64,000 nucleotides of DNA from Dehalococcoidales bacterium (GTDB lineage: Bacteria > Chloroflexota > Dehalococcoidia > Dehalococcoidales > Fen-1064). Of this stretch, positions 1-8,690 are shown in pieces. The notes below the pieces were generated by a model, which did not search any database, had not been told where the DNA came from, and saw nothing but the letters and a program-made list of their open reading frames with translations. The stretch is from NCBI GenBank assembly GCA_036396095.1, contig DASWLM010000013.1:6817-70816 (forward strand), read 5' to 3'. Within the stretch, counting starts at the first letter, position 1. Each line of letters starts with the position of its first letter. Made by a program: the position numbers and the translations under genes.

Positions 1-385
1 TCCCATCGGATTGAAGCTGAAATTTGAGCCGGATGGGAAGGGTATCAAAGCCATCTTTACTGCTGATGAGCGGTATCAGGGGTGGCCCGGGTATTTGCAT
101 GGAGGCATTGTCGGGTGTTTAATGGACGAGGTGATGAGTAACGTCACCTACCTTCAGGGAATAAGGTGTATCACTGCCAAGTTTGAAACCCGCCTCAAAC
201 AACTTATCCCCATCGGTATACCGCTAACAATTACCAGTCATATCACTAGAAAGACAAGGAAAGTGATAGATTGCGCATCTGCTGTAAAACTGCCGGGTGG
301 TACTGTGGTAGCTGAAGGAAGCGCAACCCATTTTGTGATTGGTGTGCAGAGAAGCAGCGGAAAGGCAGAAAGTAATGGCCGCTAA
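1..385 (+). CDS. PaaI/4HBT-type hotdog-fold thioesterase (5' end may lie outside the window)
   Basis: The frame is open to the window edge. The translation carries the hotdog thioesterase core GWPGYLHGGIVGCLMDEV. The TAA at 383-385 overlaps the next gene's ATG at 375. Confidence 0.6.
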   Translation, partial: PIGLKLKFEPDGKGIKAIFTADERYQGWPGYLHGGIVGCLMDEVMSNVTYLQGIRCITAKFETRLKQLIPIGIPLTITSHITRKTRKVIDCASAVKLPGGTVVAEGSATHFVIGVQRSSGKAESNGR

Positions 386-1490
386 TCAGTCCAGAGCTGT
401 CTTGTGGGATATGGACGGTGTTATCGTTGATAGCAGTGTCTACCACATGAGGTCGTGGCAGGAGACCTTTCACCAGACAGGAATTACCTTTACAGAGGAA
501 AATTTCAAGCATGTCTTCGGGTTAAGGAACGATGAAATCATCCGCGCGATGCTCGGCAAGGATTTTACACAAGCGAAATTTGAAGCTATTGCACAGACGA
601 AAGAAGTGGCTTTCCGCCGTCTCATTAAAGACAATGTGAAAGCGCTCCCGGGCGTACTCAAATTGCTTGCGGATATTAATTCGGCTGGATTTCAGCAAGC
701 GCTGGTTTCTTCCACACCAATGGAGAACATCGACCTCATCACCGGGACGCTGGGCATCAAACATTACTTCCGGCATATTATCTCCGGCTATGATGTGACC
801 GAGGGCAAACCCAGTCCCCAGGGCTACCTGCTGGCGGCACGGCGACTCGGTGTCAGTCCGGAAAACTGCGTGGTGATTGAGGATGCGGTAGCTGGTGTCA
901 AAGCCGCGAAGAATGGCGGTATGAAGTGTATCGCCGTAACCAATACCCACTCTGCTGATAGTTTGGCTGAAGCCGATTTAGTTGTGAACAGTCTGGAAGT
1001 AGTGAATACGGCGGTGGTGGAAAAATTATTTGGTGAAAATATGGCTTTGGGAGAAAGGAGTTCAAATCGAATGGAAAGGTCGCTGGTACTCATTAAGCCG
1101 GATGCGACGAAGCGGAATCTGGCGGGGGCAATAATCAGCCGTTTCGAACAGCAGGGGCTGAAAATCGTGGGGATGAAGCTTCTGCACATGGATAAAGCCC
1201 TGGCGAAGCGTCATTATGCCGTACATGAAGGCAAACCCTTTTTTAATTCACTGGTGGATTACATTACTTCTGCCCCTATCGTCGCTATTGTCTTCGAGGG
1301 GCAGAATGCCATTGAACTTATCCGTAAAATCATGGGTGCCACCGACCCGGCAAAGGCGGAAAAAGGCACCATCAGGGCGGACTTCGGGCTGGATATTCAG
1401 AACAATGTCGTACACGGCTCCGATTCGCCGGAAAACGCCGTTAAGGAAATTGCGCTCTTCTTCAAGAAAAACGAAATCTGTAGCGGTTAA
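375..1490 (+). CDS. ndk: HAD-superfamily phosphatase (beta-phosphoglucomutase-like) fused in frame to nucleoside diphosphate kinase
   Basis: One uninterrupted ORF. The N-terminal part has HAD motifs (LWDMDGVIVDS, VSSTP, EDAVAGVKAA). The last 139 aa, from ATG 1071 (MERSLVLIKPDA ... NVVHGSDS), are a complete Ndk. An SD (AAAGGAG, 1054-1060) precedes the internal ATG. Confidence 0.8.
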   Translation: MAANQSRAVLWDMDGVIVDSSVYHMRSWQETFHQTGITFTEENFKHVFGLRNDEIIRAMLGKDFTQAKFEAIAQTKEVAFRRLIKDNVKALPGVLKLLADINSAGFQQALVSSTPMENIDLITGTLGIKHYFRHIISGYDVTEGKPSPQGYLLAARRLGVSPENCVVIEDAVAGVKAAKNGGMKCIAVTNTHSADSLAEADLVVNSLEVVNTAVVEKLFGENMALGERSSNRMERSLVLIKPDATKRNLAGAIISRFEQQGLKIVGMKLLHMDKALAKRHYAVHEGKPFFNSLVDYITSAPIVAIVFEGQNAIELIRKIMGATDPAKAEKGTIRADFGLDIQNNVVHGSDSPENAVKEIALFFKKNEICSG

Positions 1491-1831
1491 AGAATCCTGA
1501 CGATGGGAGTGGCTTTGTGCCAGAGTTCGTCGAACTGGTAGAAGTCGCGTTCTGCCTGTGAAAACACATGGATGACGACATCACCGTAGTCGTAAAGCAT
1601 CCAGCCGGAGTCCGATGTGCCTTCGTGGTGAATAACGCGCACCCCGTTCTTCTTCAGGGAATGCTCGATTTCGTCGCAGATTGCCTGTAACTGGCGCTCG
1701 CTCTCACCACTGCAGATGACAAAATAACTTGCAAAGGTGCAAACATCCCGCACATCGAGGAGAGAGATGTCTAAAGCCTGTTTTTCCCCTGCCGCTTCAA
1801 CGGCTATTCGCGCTATTGCTAATGATTCCAG
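1487..1831 (-). CDS. rsfS: ribosomal silencing factor RsfS (iojap family)
   Basis: RsfS pattern DISLLDVRDVCTFASYFVICSGESERQ ... VVIHVF. The homology extends upstream of the first GTG (1753). The only plausible initiator is CTG 1829-1831, 8 nt after SD GAGGAG (1840-1845), with an in-frame TGA at 1844-1846. Confidence 0.8.
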   Translation of the reverse strand: MESLAIARIAVEAAGEKQALDISLLDVRDVCTFASYFVICSGESERQLQAICDEIEHSLKKNGVRVIHHEGTSDSGWMLYDYGDVVIHVFSQAERDFYQFDELWHKATPIVRIL

Positions 1832-1986
1832 AGATAGGACTCCTCAAGTAAGATTTCAGCTAGCTTAATTATACCAGATGCGGACAAGCCCGGACTATGC
1901 GCCATCTCAGTGTATGATGTACGGAGTCCGTCTTGACATCACCCCTGCCGACAGATATTATGCCAGTAATTGCGGAAAGGATGAAA

Positions 1987-2820
1987 ATGAACACACTGCT
2001 CTTTGGTACGGCGGGTAATCCCCACAGCTCCAAGCCGCCGCACTCGACGGTTGAAGGTATAAAACGCATCGCTGAGCTTGGCTTGGATTCCCTGGAGATA
2101 GAGTTCGTGAGGGGTGTCAATATCGGTGAAGTCAGTGCCCGACAGATTGCCCAGGTTGCTCTTAACCGCAATATTAAATTATCCGTCCATGCGCCCTACT
2201 TCATCAATCTGAACGCACACGAACCGGAGAAAATGAAAGCCAGTCAGGTCAGGTTGATTCAAGCGGCACGAGCGGCGGCTCTATGTGGTGCCGGCGATGT
2301 CGCCTTTCACCCCGCCTTCTATCTGGGTGACCCCCTGGAAAAGGTTTACGAAACAGTCAAGAATAGTCTGCTGGAAGTCCGGGAACAACTGGATAAGGAT
2401 GGGATTAAAGTCAGGCTGCGACCCGAACTCATGGGCAAAGCCAGCCAGTTCGGCGCTTTGAATGAGGTACTCCGTCTCGCATCGGAAATTCCGAGGGTAG
2501 CGCCTTGCATCGATTTTGCGCACTGGCATGCCCGGACGGGAGCCTTTAATTCCTATGACGAGTTCGCCACCGTACTCTCACAGATAAAGGAGCGGTTGGG
2601 GGCACCGGCGCTCAAAGAAATGCATATCCATGTAGCCGGGATTGCGTATGGTAAAAGTGGTGAGAAAAACCACCTCGACCTGAGAGATTCCGACTTCGCC
2701 TACCGGGAATTGCTACAAGCGTTGAGGGATTTCAAGGCGGGTGGACTGGTAATCTGCGAAAGTCCTAACCTGGAGGAAGATGCCCTGTTACTGAAAAGGG
2801 CGTTTGTAGAATTGAAATAA
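1987..2820 (+). CDS. endonuclease IV-like / xylose-isomerase-like TIM-barrel protein
   Basis: AP-endonuclease-2 type barrel motifs (LSVHAPYFINL, AFHPAFY, LRPELMGK, CIDFAHWHA). The start is ATG 1987, after GGAAAGG (1974-1980); alternatives are 1981 and 1960. Confidence 0.6.
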   Translation: MNTLLFGTAGNPHSSKPPHSTVEGIKRIAELGLDSLEIEFVRGVNIGEVSARQIAQVALNRNIKLSVHAPYFINLNAHEPEKMKASQVRLIQAARAAALCGAGDVAFHPAFYLGDPLEKVYETVKNSLLEVREQLDKDGIKVRLRPELMGKASQFGALNEVLRLASEIPRVAPCIDFAHWHARTGAFNSYDEFATVLSQIKERLGAPALKEMHIHVAGIAYGKSGEKNHLDLRDSDFAYRELLQALRDFKAGGLVICESPNLEEDALLLKRAFVELK

Positions 2821-2841
2821 ATGGATAAATGATAAGTCCGA

Positions 2842-2871
2842 ATATCTAATATCTAAATTCTAATATCTAAG
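2842..2871. repeat. heptad-periodic TCTAA array (ATATCTAATATCTAAATTCTAATATCTAAG)
   Basis: Read directly from the sequence: YCTAA recurs every 7 nt. The same array type occurs at 11334, 12044, 30728, 49597 and 50018. Confidence 0.6.
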
Positions 2872-2995
2872 CTCGAAACAATATTAAACTTCAATTAAAC
2901 TGTTAAAGTGCTAGTAAAGGATTTTAAGGGTCTAAGGAAACTAGTTAGCAACAAATATAACTTGATTTACTATGGCATCAGCTATTATATATCGC

Positions 2996-3280
2996 CTAGC
3001 GGAAATCTATTTCGAAACCACGAAAAGCAAAAGCACGGCGTATGTTATCGATGATTTTTTCCTTTGTCTTAACGTCTATAACCTCTCCTGTTTCCCATTT
3101 AATAATACGCGAAGCACCAATCATTATATCTGGATGTCCCATCAATATTTCAGAATCGATATGTAATGTGCGCTCTCCTTGTACATACTTTAATCCTGTC
3201 CTTCCCAATACCTCAACTGAAAAACCTTCATCAGATTCGATAACATTAACTCTTGGGATTTTAAACACTTTCTTCTCCAT
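2996..3280 (-). CDS. putative immunity protein of the adjacent polymorphic-toxin tip
   Basis: A 94-aa ORF whose ATG overlaps the toxin-tip stop (TAATG at 3278-3282). It sits in an AT-rich context. The call rests on position only; I recognised no family. Confidence 0.4.
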   Translation of the reverse strand: MEKKVFKIPRVNVIESDEGFSVEVLGRTGLKYVQGERTLHIDSEILMGHPDIMIGASRIIKWETGEVIDVKTKEKIIDNIRRAFAFRGFEIDFR

Positions 3281-3834
3281 TATGGGCCCAAAACGAATTT
3301 ACCAACACTATGATAATTAATACTCTTCACGGCTGGATTTTTTAACAGCGCAGGACGTTCAATTGTAGCCCAAATACTTCTTGGACTATATTGTGCAACA
3401 TTAATGAAGACATGGACATCTCCTGCCGCACCGCTTGCATTGCCTATAACCGGCACCACAGGAGCCAGGGATAGTGCTGCACCTCCCCAATCACCCTTAG
3501 CTACTGATATAATACCACTGGCTACATCGCAAATCTCTCCTATCGCCGGTATCATACCAGCTACATCAAGAACGGTCTGAACTATGTTAATGTTCTGCTT
3601 TACGACGTTTACCGCCGCCTGTATACCTTTGACAATCCCCTGACCTATCTTCGCCCAGTTGGGCCAGTGACCGGTGGGGTCATTATATTTTAGCGGATTA
3701 TTGAAGCAATAGGAATACTTGTTCAGACTTTGGGGATTCATCAGGTCTGGGGAGGCGGTATCAGGAGAAATGAACTTACCGATTGTTGGGTCGTAGTACC
3801 TTGCCTCATAATAGTAAAGACCTGTGCCCTCTGC
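3280..3834 (-). pseudogene. 5'-truncated RHS/YD-repeat core C-terminus plus variable C-terminal toxin tip (orphan)
   Basis: The translation from 3834 reads GTGLYYYEARYYDPTIGKFISPDTASPDLMNPQSLNKYSYCFNNPLKYNDPTGHW, which is the RHS-associated core end motif. An in-frame TAG at 3835-3837 lies immediately upstream. The first start codon (ATG 3741) lies inside the conserved motif, so the repeat body is missing. Confidence 0.6.
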
Positions 3835-3953
3835 CTACCCATGTAATTGAGATTTCGAATTTAAGGCGTAAAATGCCGTCTGCTATTGCATTTATGGTAA
3901 GTCTGCTATAATGAAGGCAGAGTCTACAAAGACTATAAAGAATTGAGGAAACC

Positions 3954-5870
3954 ATGAAACCGAAAGCGAGAAATACCGGGCTGTATTACTTGCTGCTCTT
4001 GGTAAGTATCGCAGCGCTGGTTGTTTTTATTATCCGTGTACCGCAACCAAAACCCCAGGAAATCCCCATCAGCCAAGTCATTAACATGTCTCAAAATGAG
4101 GAAATCGATAAAATCAACGTCAATGGTGAATGGTTGACCGTCTATGCCAAAGACAAGACAGAATACCGAAGCTATATCGGGTACTCTTCCATCTGGGATG
4201 TCACCGATTTGAATCTTCATGGGGTGTCCGTATACGAAATTAAACCAGGTAGTTTCGACTGGAGCAGTTTGCTCTGGACAACCGTACCACTCGTGCTTTT
4301 TGCCGTACTCATTTTCTTTATGTTCTTCCGTACACGTGGTATCAATAACCAAGCAATGTCTTTCGGGAGGAGCCGTGCCCGTCTTTTCCCGGGGGATAAA
4401 CCATCTGTGACCTTCGATGATGTCGCCGGTGTCGATGAAGCCAAGCAGGAACTGCACGAGGTTGTGGATTTCCTGAAGTCGCGTGAACGTTTCCAGACGT
4501 TAGGCGCGCGCATACCCAGAGGTGTTCTCCTGATAGGTCCGCCGGGAACAGGGAAAACCCTGCTTGCTCGTGCGATTGCCGGCGAAGCGGGTGTGCCTTT
4601 CTTCTCCATCAGCGGCAGTGAGTTCGTGGAGATGTTTGTTGGTGTTGGCGCTTCCCGGGTGCGCGACCTCTTCGATAATGCCAAGCGCCATTCTCCCTGC
4701 ATCATCTTTATTGACGAAATCGACGCCGTCGGACGGCACCGTGGGGCGGGGTTGGGTGGTAGTCACGATGAGCGTGAACAGACCCTGAACCAGATTCTCA
4801 CCGAAATGGACGGGTTCGATACCAATGTAAATGTCATCGTTCTCGCCGCTACCAACCGTCCCGATATCCTTGACCCGGCTTTGCTCCGTCCCGGGCGTTT
4901 CGACCGCCGGGTAGTGCTCGATTTACCAGACGTGATAGGACGCATTGGTATTCTTAAAGTACACATCAAAAACAAGCCGATGGCGCCATCCGTGAATCTT
5001 GAGACACTGGCAAAAGAGACTGCTGGCTTTTCCGGAGCCGACCTTGCTAACCTGGTTAATGAAGCGGCAATACTTGCCGCACGTCGTGGCAAGAAGGCAG
5101 TTGAGATGGACGAGTTGGAAGAGTCGATTGATAAGGTCATCGCCGGTCCGGAGCGGCGCAGTAAGCGTATAAGCCCAAAGGAGAAAGAAAAGATTGCTTA
5201 TCACGAGGCGGGACATGCCGTTGTTGCCAGGTTATTACCCAATGCCGAGCCACCCCACAAAATATCCATTATTGCGCGTGGCATGGCTTTAGGATATATG
5301 AAGCAACTCGAAGAAGACCATTCGCTGCAGGCGGTTTCTCAATTGAATGATAAAATCGCGGTGTACCTGGCTGGTCACGCGGCCGAGAAATTGATTTATG
5401 GTGAAAGTGCATCAGGTGTCCAGGAGGATATTAAACGGGCAACTTACCTGGCACGTACAATGGTCACCGACCTAGGTATGAGCCAAAAACTGGGCCCGCG
5501 TACATTTGGTGATAAGCAGGAACTAGTCTTCCTCGGGCGGGAAATTTCCGAGCAGAAAGACTACAGCGATAAAACGGCGGAAGCTATCGACCACGAAATC
5601 GATGAGATTATTCATGCACAGTATGAGGTTGCCACGAAAATTCTCACCGATAACAGGGAAGTGCTTGTTAAGCTGACCGAAACACTCATTGCTAAAGAGA
5701 CTCTCGACTATGACGAACTTGAGGCTCTCTTCAAAGAAATCGTTCCTGTGGCGTCATTACCGGAGAAGATAATCTTCCCTGAGTTATTGAAAAAACCGGT
5801 ACCGGCTGGGGGTAGTGCTTCGCCCGCCACTAACATAGTCTCAGAAACGCCTCCCCCCCAATCCACATAG
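3954..5870 (+). CDS. ftsH: ATP-dependent zinc metalloprotease FtsH
   Basis: N-terminal TM segments, Walker A GPPGTGKT, Walker [10 protein letters not shown], and zinc motif HEAGHA. SD GAGGA lies upstream. Confidence 0.95.
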   Translation: MKPKARNTGLYYLLLLVSIAALVVFIIRVPQPKPQEIPISQVINMSQNEEIDKINVNGEWLTVYAKDKTEYRSYIGYSSIWDVTDLNLHGVSVYEIKPGSFDWSSLLWTTVPLVLFAVLIFFMFFRTRGINNQAMSFGRSRARLFPGDKPSVTFDDVAGVDEAKQELHEVVDFLKSRERFQTLGARIPRGVLLIGPPGTGKTLLARAIAGEAGVPFFSISGSEFVEMFVGVGASRVRDLFDNAKRHSPCIIFIDEIDAVGRHRGAGLGGSHDEREQTLNQILTEMDGFDTNVNVIVLAATNRPDILDPALLRPGRFDRRVVLDLPDVIGRIGILKVHIKNKPMAPSVNLETLAKETAGFSGADLANLVNEAAILAARRGKKAVEMDELEESIDKVIAGPERRSKRISPKEKEKIAYHEAGHAVVARLLPNAEPPHKISIIARGMALGYMKQLEEDHSLQAVSQLNDKIAVYLAGHAAEKLIYGESASGVQEDIKRATYLARTMVTDLGMSQKLGPRTFGDKQELVFLGREISEQKDYSDKTAEAIDHEIDEIIHAQYEVATKILTDNREVLVKLTETLIAKETLDYDELEALFKEIVPVASLPEKIIFPELLKKPVPAGGSASPATNIVSETPPPQST

Positions 5871-5876
5871 TCCTGC

Positions 5877-6290
5877 GTGCTTATGATTGAGATTACCGAT
5901 AAACCAATCGCCCCGGAGCAGGTCATCATGCGTGCCAAAACAAAGGGAAGCGGCTGTGTGGTGACTTATGTCGGTGTCATCAGGGACACTTCTCATGATA
6001 AATCCGTCGTTTCTGTCGAATATCAGGACAGGGATGGCAAAGCAGTTGAAAAACTCCGGATGCTGGTGGCGGATGCTAAACAGAAGTGGCAATTAGAAAA
6101 TATCGCCTTCACGCACCGCATTGGCAAGCTCAGGGTGGGGGATATTAACCTGGTGATTGCGGTCGCCGCCGGACACCGCGAGGAAGGGTTTGCCGCCTGC
6201 CAGTACCTCATCGACCGTTTCAAGCAGTCACTGCCCACGCATAAGATTGAGACCTATGCGGATGGTTCGGTCAAGGTGGGCGGAGACTAA
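5877..6290 (+). CDS. moaE: molybdopterin synthase catalytic subunit MoaE
   Basis: MoaE-like pattern (VTYVGVIRD, THRIGKLRVGD, VAAGHREEGFAACQYLID). The start is GTG 5877 or ATG 5883, just after the ftsH stop. Confidence 0.8.
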   Translation: MLMIEITDKPIAPEQVIMRAKTKGSGCVVTYVGVIRDTSHDKSVVSVEYQDRDGKAVEKLRMLVADAKQKWQLENIAFTHRIGKLRVGDINLVIAVAAGHREEGFAACQYLIDRFKQSLPTHKIETYADGSVKVGGD

Positions 6291-6306
6291 CACTTCTTGA
6301 AATTTT

Positions 6307-6368
6307 CCCTCTCCCTTGAGGGGAGAGGCTAGGTGAGGGTGATGAAGACATCATCGTAAACCTCACCT
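6307..6368. repeat. GGGAGAGG-type palindromic element (two hairpins)
   Basis: Hairpin 1 is CCCTCTCCC-TTGA-GGGGAGAGG (6307-6328). Hairpin 2 is AGGTGAGG ... CCTCACCT (6331-6368) with inner GATGA/TCATC. Related copies lie at 52275-52375 and 62855-62883. Confidence 0.6.
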
Positions 6369-6458
6369 TAATTATATCTTCTCAATTTGTATGAGCCCCC
6401 GCTTGCCAGTAACTCCTCAATCCTGCTACTATTACTGACGAATCGTGAGGTACATAAG

Positions 6459-6941
6459 ATGGTCAAGAAACTGAGTCACGTTACTGCTGGTGGCGAAGCC
6501 CGCATGGTAGATATCAGCGCTAAAAGTCCAACCGTTCGGGAAGCAATTGCTAAAGGCAAGGTGCTGATGAAACCCGCCACACTTCTGCAGGTGAAGAATG
6601 CCAGTCTTAAAAAAGGCGATGTGTTAGCCGTTGCCCGTGTGGCTGGAATAATGGCGGCGAAAAAAGTCCCCGATATCATACCTCTCTGCCATACCATCCC
6701 CATCGATAGTATTACGATTGACTTCGACCTTTCCGCTAAGGACAGCATCGGTATCACGGCTACTGCCAGGAGCACGGGCAAAACCGGCGTGGAGATGGAA
6801 GCCTTGACCGCTGTAACTGTTACCGCGCTCACCATATATGACATGTGCAAGGCGGCGGAGAAAAGTATGACCATCACCGATATCTATCTGGAGAGCAAGA
6901 CCGGTGGCAAGAGCGGCTTGTACCGGCGGAAGAAAGTATGA
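6459..6941 (+). CDS. moaC: cyclic pyranopterin monophosphate synthase MoaC
   Basis: MoaC pattern LSHV...ARMVDIS.K..T.R.A.A ... IPLCHTIP ... EMEALTAV. ATG 6459 lies 8 nt after GTGAGG. Confidence 0.9.
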   Translation: MVKKLSHVTAGGEARMVDISAKSPTVREAIAKGKVLMKPATLLQVKNASLKKGDVLAVARVAGIMAAKKVPDIIPLCHTIPIDSITIDFDLSAKDSIGITATARSTGKTGVEMEALTAVTVTALTIYDMCKAAEKSMTITDIYLESKTGGKSGLYRRKKV

Positions 6942-7411
6942 CTATTAAAGTAGTTAAAGCGGAAGAAAAGCATGTCGCAGATATAGGCAAATTGTGGCTG
7001 GAGTTCTTACTCTTTCATGTGAGTATTGACCCTATCTGGACGCCCGATGATAATCCTATTCCAGGTTTTATAGAAAATCATTTAAAGCGCTTCATGCAAT
7101 CAGATGACTGGCTTGTGTTGGTGGCATTAGATAAGGATCGGGTTGTCGGTTATTCCCTGTCAGAAATACGGAGAAATACTCCGGGAGCAAAACGTAAAAA
7201 ATATGGATATATCGACCAAATGGCGGTAACGGAGATTTATCGGCGTCACGGCGTTGGTAAAAAAATGTATGACGAAATTGTGAAATGGCTTCAATCAAAT
7301 GACATCAAGCGCGTGGAATTGGGAACAACAGCTCAAAATTTAATAGGCAATTCATTCTGGCAGAAGCAGGGTTTCACGGTCTATATGTATACCCTGTACA
7401 AGAGCGTCTGA
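6938..7411 (+). CDS. GNAT-family N-acetyltransferase
   Basis: ATGA overlap with the moaC stop. Acetyl-CoA binding segment QMAVTEIYRRHGVGKKMYDEI. Confidence 0.75.
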   Translation: MTIKVVKAEEKHVADIGKLWLEFLLFHVSIDPIWTPDDNPIPGFIENHLKRFMQSDDWLVLVALDKDRVVGYSLSEIRRNTPGAKRKKYGYIDQMAVTEIYRRHGVGKKMYDEIVKWLQSNDIKRVELGTTAQNLIGNSFWQKQGFTVYMYTLYKSV

Positions 7412-7942
7412 ATGATGAATATACGTAAAACTGATATAAAAGTAAGAAGTTACGGTGATTCCGACTACTCTGCTTGTCGTCTTTTGTGGTCTGAACTTAC
7501 CCAGCACCATAGGAATATCTATGAAGATCCGACTATTGGTGAACCTGACCCAGGACAGGGATTCGAAATATACATTGCACTCCCCAACAGGAAAGCTACA
7601 TGGGTAGCTGAAGTGGACGGGGAAATAAATGGTTTTGTTGGATTGCTGACTTGCACATGGGAAGGTGAAGCGGAAATTGAACCGGTCATCGTTTCATCAA
7701 ATTGCCGCCGTCGCGGTATTGGCACGGCACTAGTAAGACATGTTATAAAGGAAGCAAATAAGTTCGGTGTTGAATTTCTAAACGTGCGTCCGGTCGCTCG
7801 AAATCGGGATGCAATCTTATTCTTCGCGAAGCTTGGCTTCAATACGCTAGGGCATATTGACCTTTTTCAAGAACTGAATCCATCATCAAAAAGGAAATGG
7901 GAAACTGGCATTACCATTCACGGGAAGAAACTACTGTTTTAA
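7412..7942 (+). CDS. GNAT-family N-acetyltransferase
   Basis: Starts directly after the previous TGA. Motif VSSNCRRRGIGTALVRHVIKEA. Confidence 0.75.
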   Translation: MMNIRKTDIKVRSYGDSDYSACRLLWSELTQHHRNIYEDPTIGEPDPGQGFEIYIALPNRKATWVAEVDGEINGFVGLLTCTWEGEAEIEPVIVSSNCRRRGIGTALVRHVIKEANKFGVEFLNVRPVARNRDAILFFAKLGFNTLGHIDLFQELNPSSKRKWETGITIHGKKLLF

Positions 7943-7975
7943 ATAGTCTTCTTCTCCTGAAGAGGATTATTCTCG

Positions 7976-8338
7976 TTATACAACATAATCGGTTGAGTCA
8001 AGGTCCATGTGCTCCTTGATAGCGACGCGTACTTCATCACGAAGCCGAGCATCATCAAGATATCCCAGTAGTCTTCCCAGTCTCTGCTTGGAAATTGTCC
8101 TTATCTGGTGAGCCATGATAATCGATTCCAAAGGCTGGCCAGCTTTTCTTTCCGCTAAAAGAACCTCAGATGGGTATAAACGGCGCTTGGTTGTGGTAAG
8201 AGGTAGGACAGTAACATTAGGCATTGCCTGGTTGAATTCCTCGTTACTTACTATAAGCACTGGTCGTATGCCTTTTTGCTCTGCTCCTACCACCGGGTTG
8301 AGGTTAGCCTCTATAACAGACCATTGTAGATTTGTCAT
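7976..8338 (-). CDS. mazF: type II toxin, MazF/PemK family endoribonuclease
   Basis: PemK-like pattern GAEQKGIRPVLIVSNEEFN ... TVLPLTTT. 4-nt ATGA overlap with the upstream antitoxin. Confidence 0.85.
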   Translation of the reverse strand: MTNLQWSVIEANLNPVVGAEQKGIRPVLIVSNEEFNQAMPNVTVLPLTTTKRRLYPSEVLLAERKAGQPLESIIMAHQIRTISKQRLGRLLGYLDDARLRDEVRVAIKEHMDLDSTDYVV

Positions 8339-8604
8339 TGGTCCATATTCCCCACAGTTTCAGCATCGGCATACCTGAAATCCATTTCAACTTCCGCTAC
8401 ATCTTTCAGAAACAGAGGGTCCTTTGCTGCTTCCTGCCATAGAGCTTTTCTTGCTTGTCGCTTCAACTCTTTCAGTTCTTTTAGCAGTGCCTGCTCAACC
8501 AAGGCATTCTTGCTGGACGCAATTCCCTGAGCCATTATCTTATCCAAGGCAGTCAGAACATCAGTGTGCAGGTTAAAAGTTGCTTTTTTTGTCTTTCCGC
8601 GCAT
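8335..8604 (-). CDS. type II antitoxin (ribbon-helix-helix-like) for MazF
   Basis: An 89-aa ORF translationally coupled to mazF. The N-terminus KKATFNLHTDVLTALDKI is RHH-like. Confidence 0.6.
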   Translation of the reverse strand: MRGKTKKATFNLHTDVLTALDKIMAQGIASSKNALVEQALLKELKELKRQARKALWQEAAKDPLFLKDVAEVEMDFRYADAETVGNMDQ

Positions 8605-8628
8605 ACGTGTAGTCCTCCTGTGTTTCGT

Positions 8629-8657
8629 ATTATAACAGAGACTTCCATAATTGGCAA
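8629..8657 (-). promoter_or_regulatory. sigma70-like promoter of the antitoxin-mazF pair
   Basis: On the minus strand: TTGCCA (8657-8652), 17 nt spacer, TATAAT (8634-8629), followed by SD AGGAGG and ATG 8604. Confidence 0.55.
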
Positions 8658-8690
8658 GTCATATCAGGAAGTATATTTGGCTGGTACAAT

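Noticed and set aside
2972-3320. Plus-strand ORFs (64 and 92 aa) in the AT-rich islet.
   Set aside because: They are antisense to the putative immunity gene and toxin tip. They are low-complexity, there is no SD, and the minus-strand TAATG-coupled pair is the more coherent reading.
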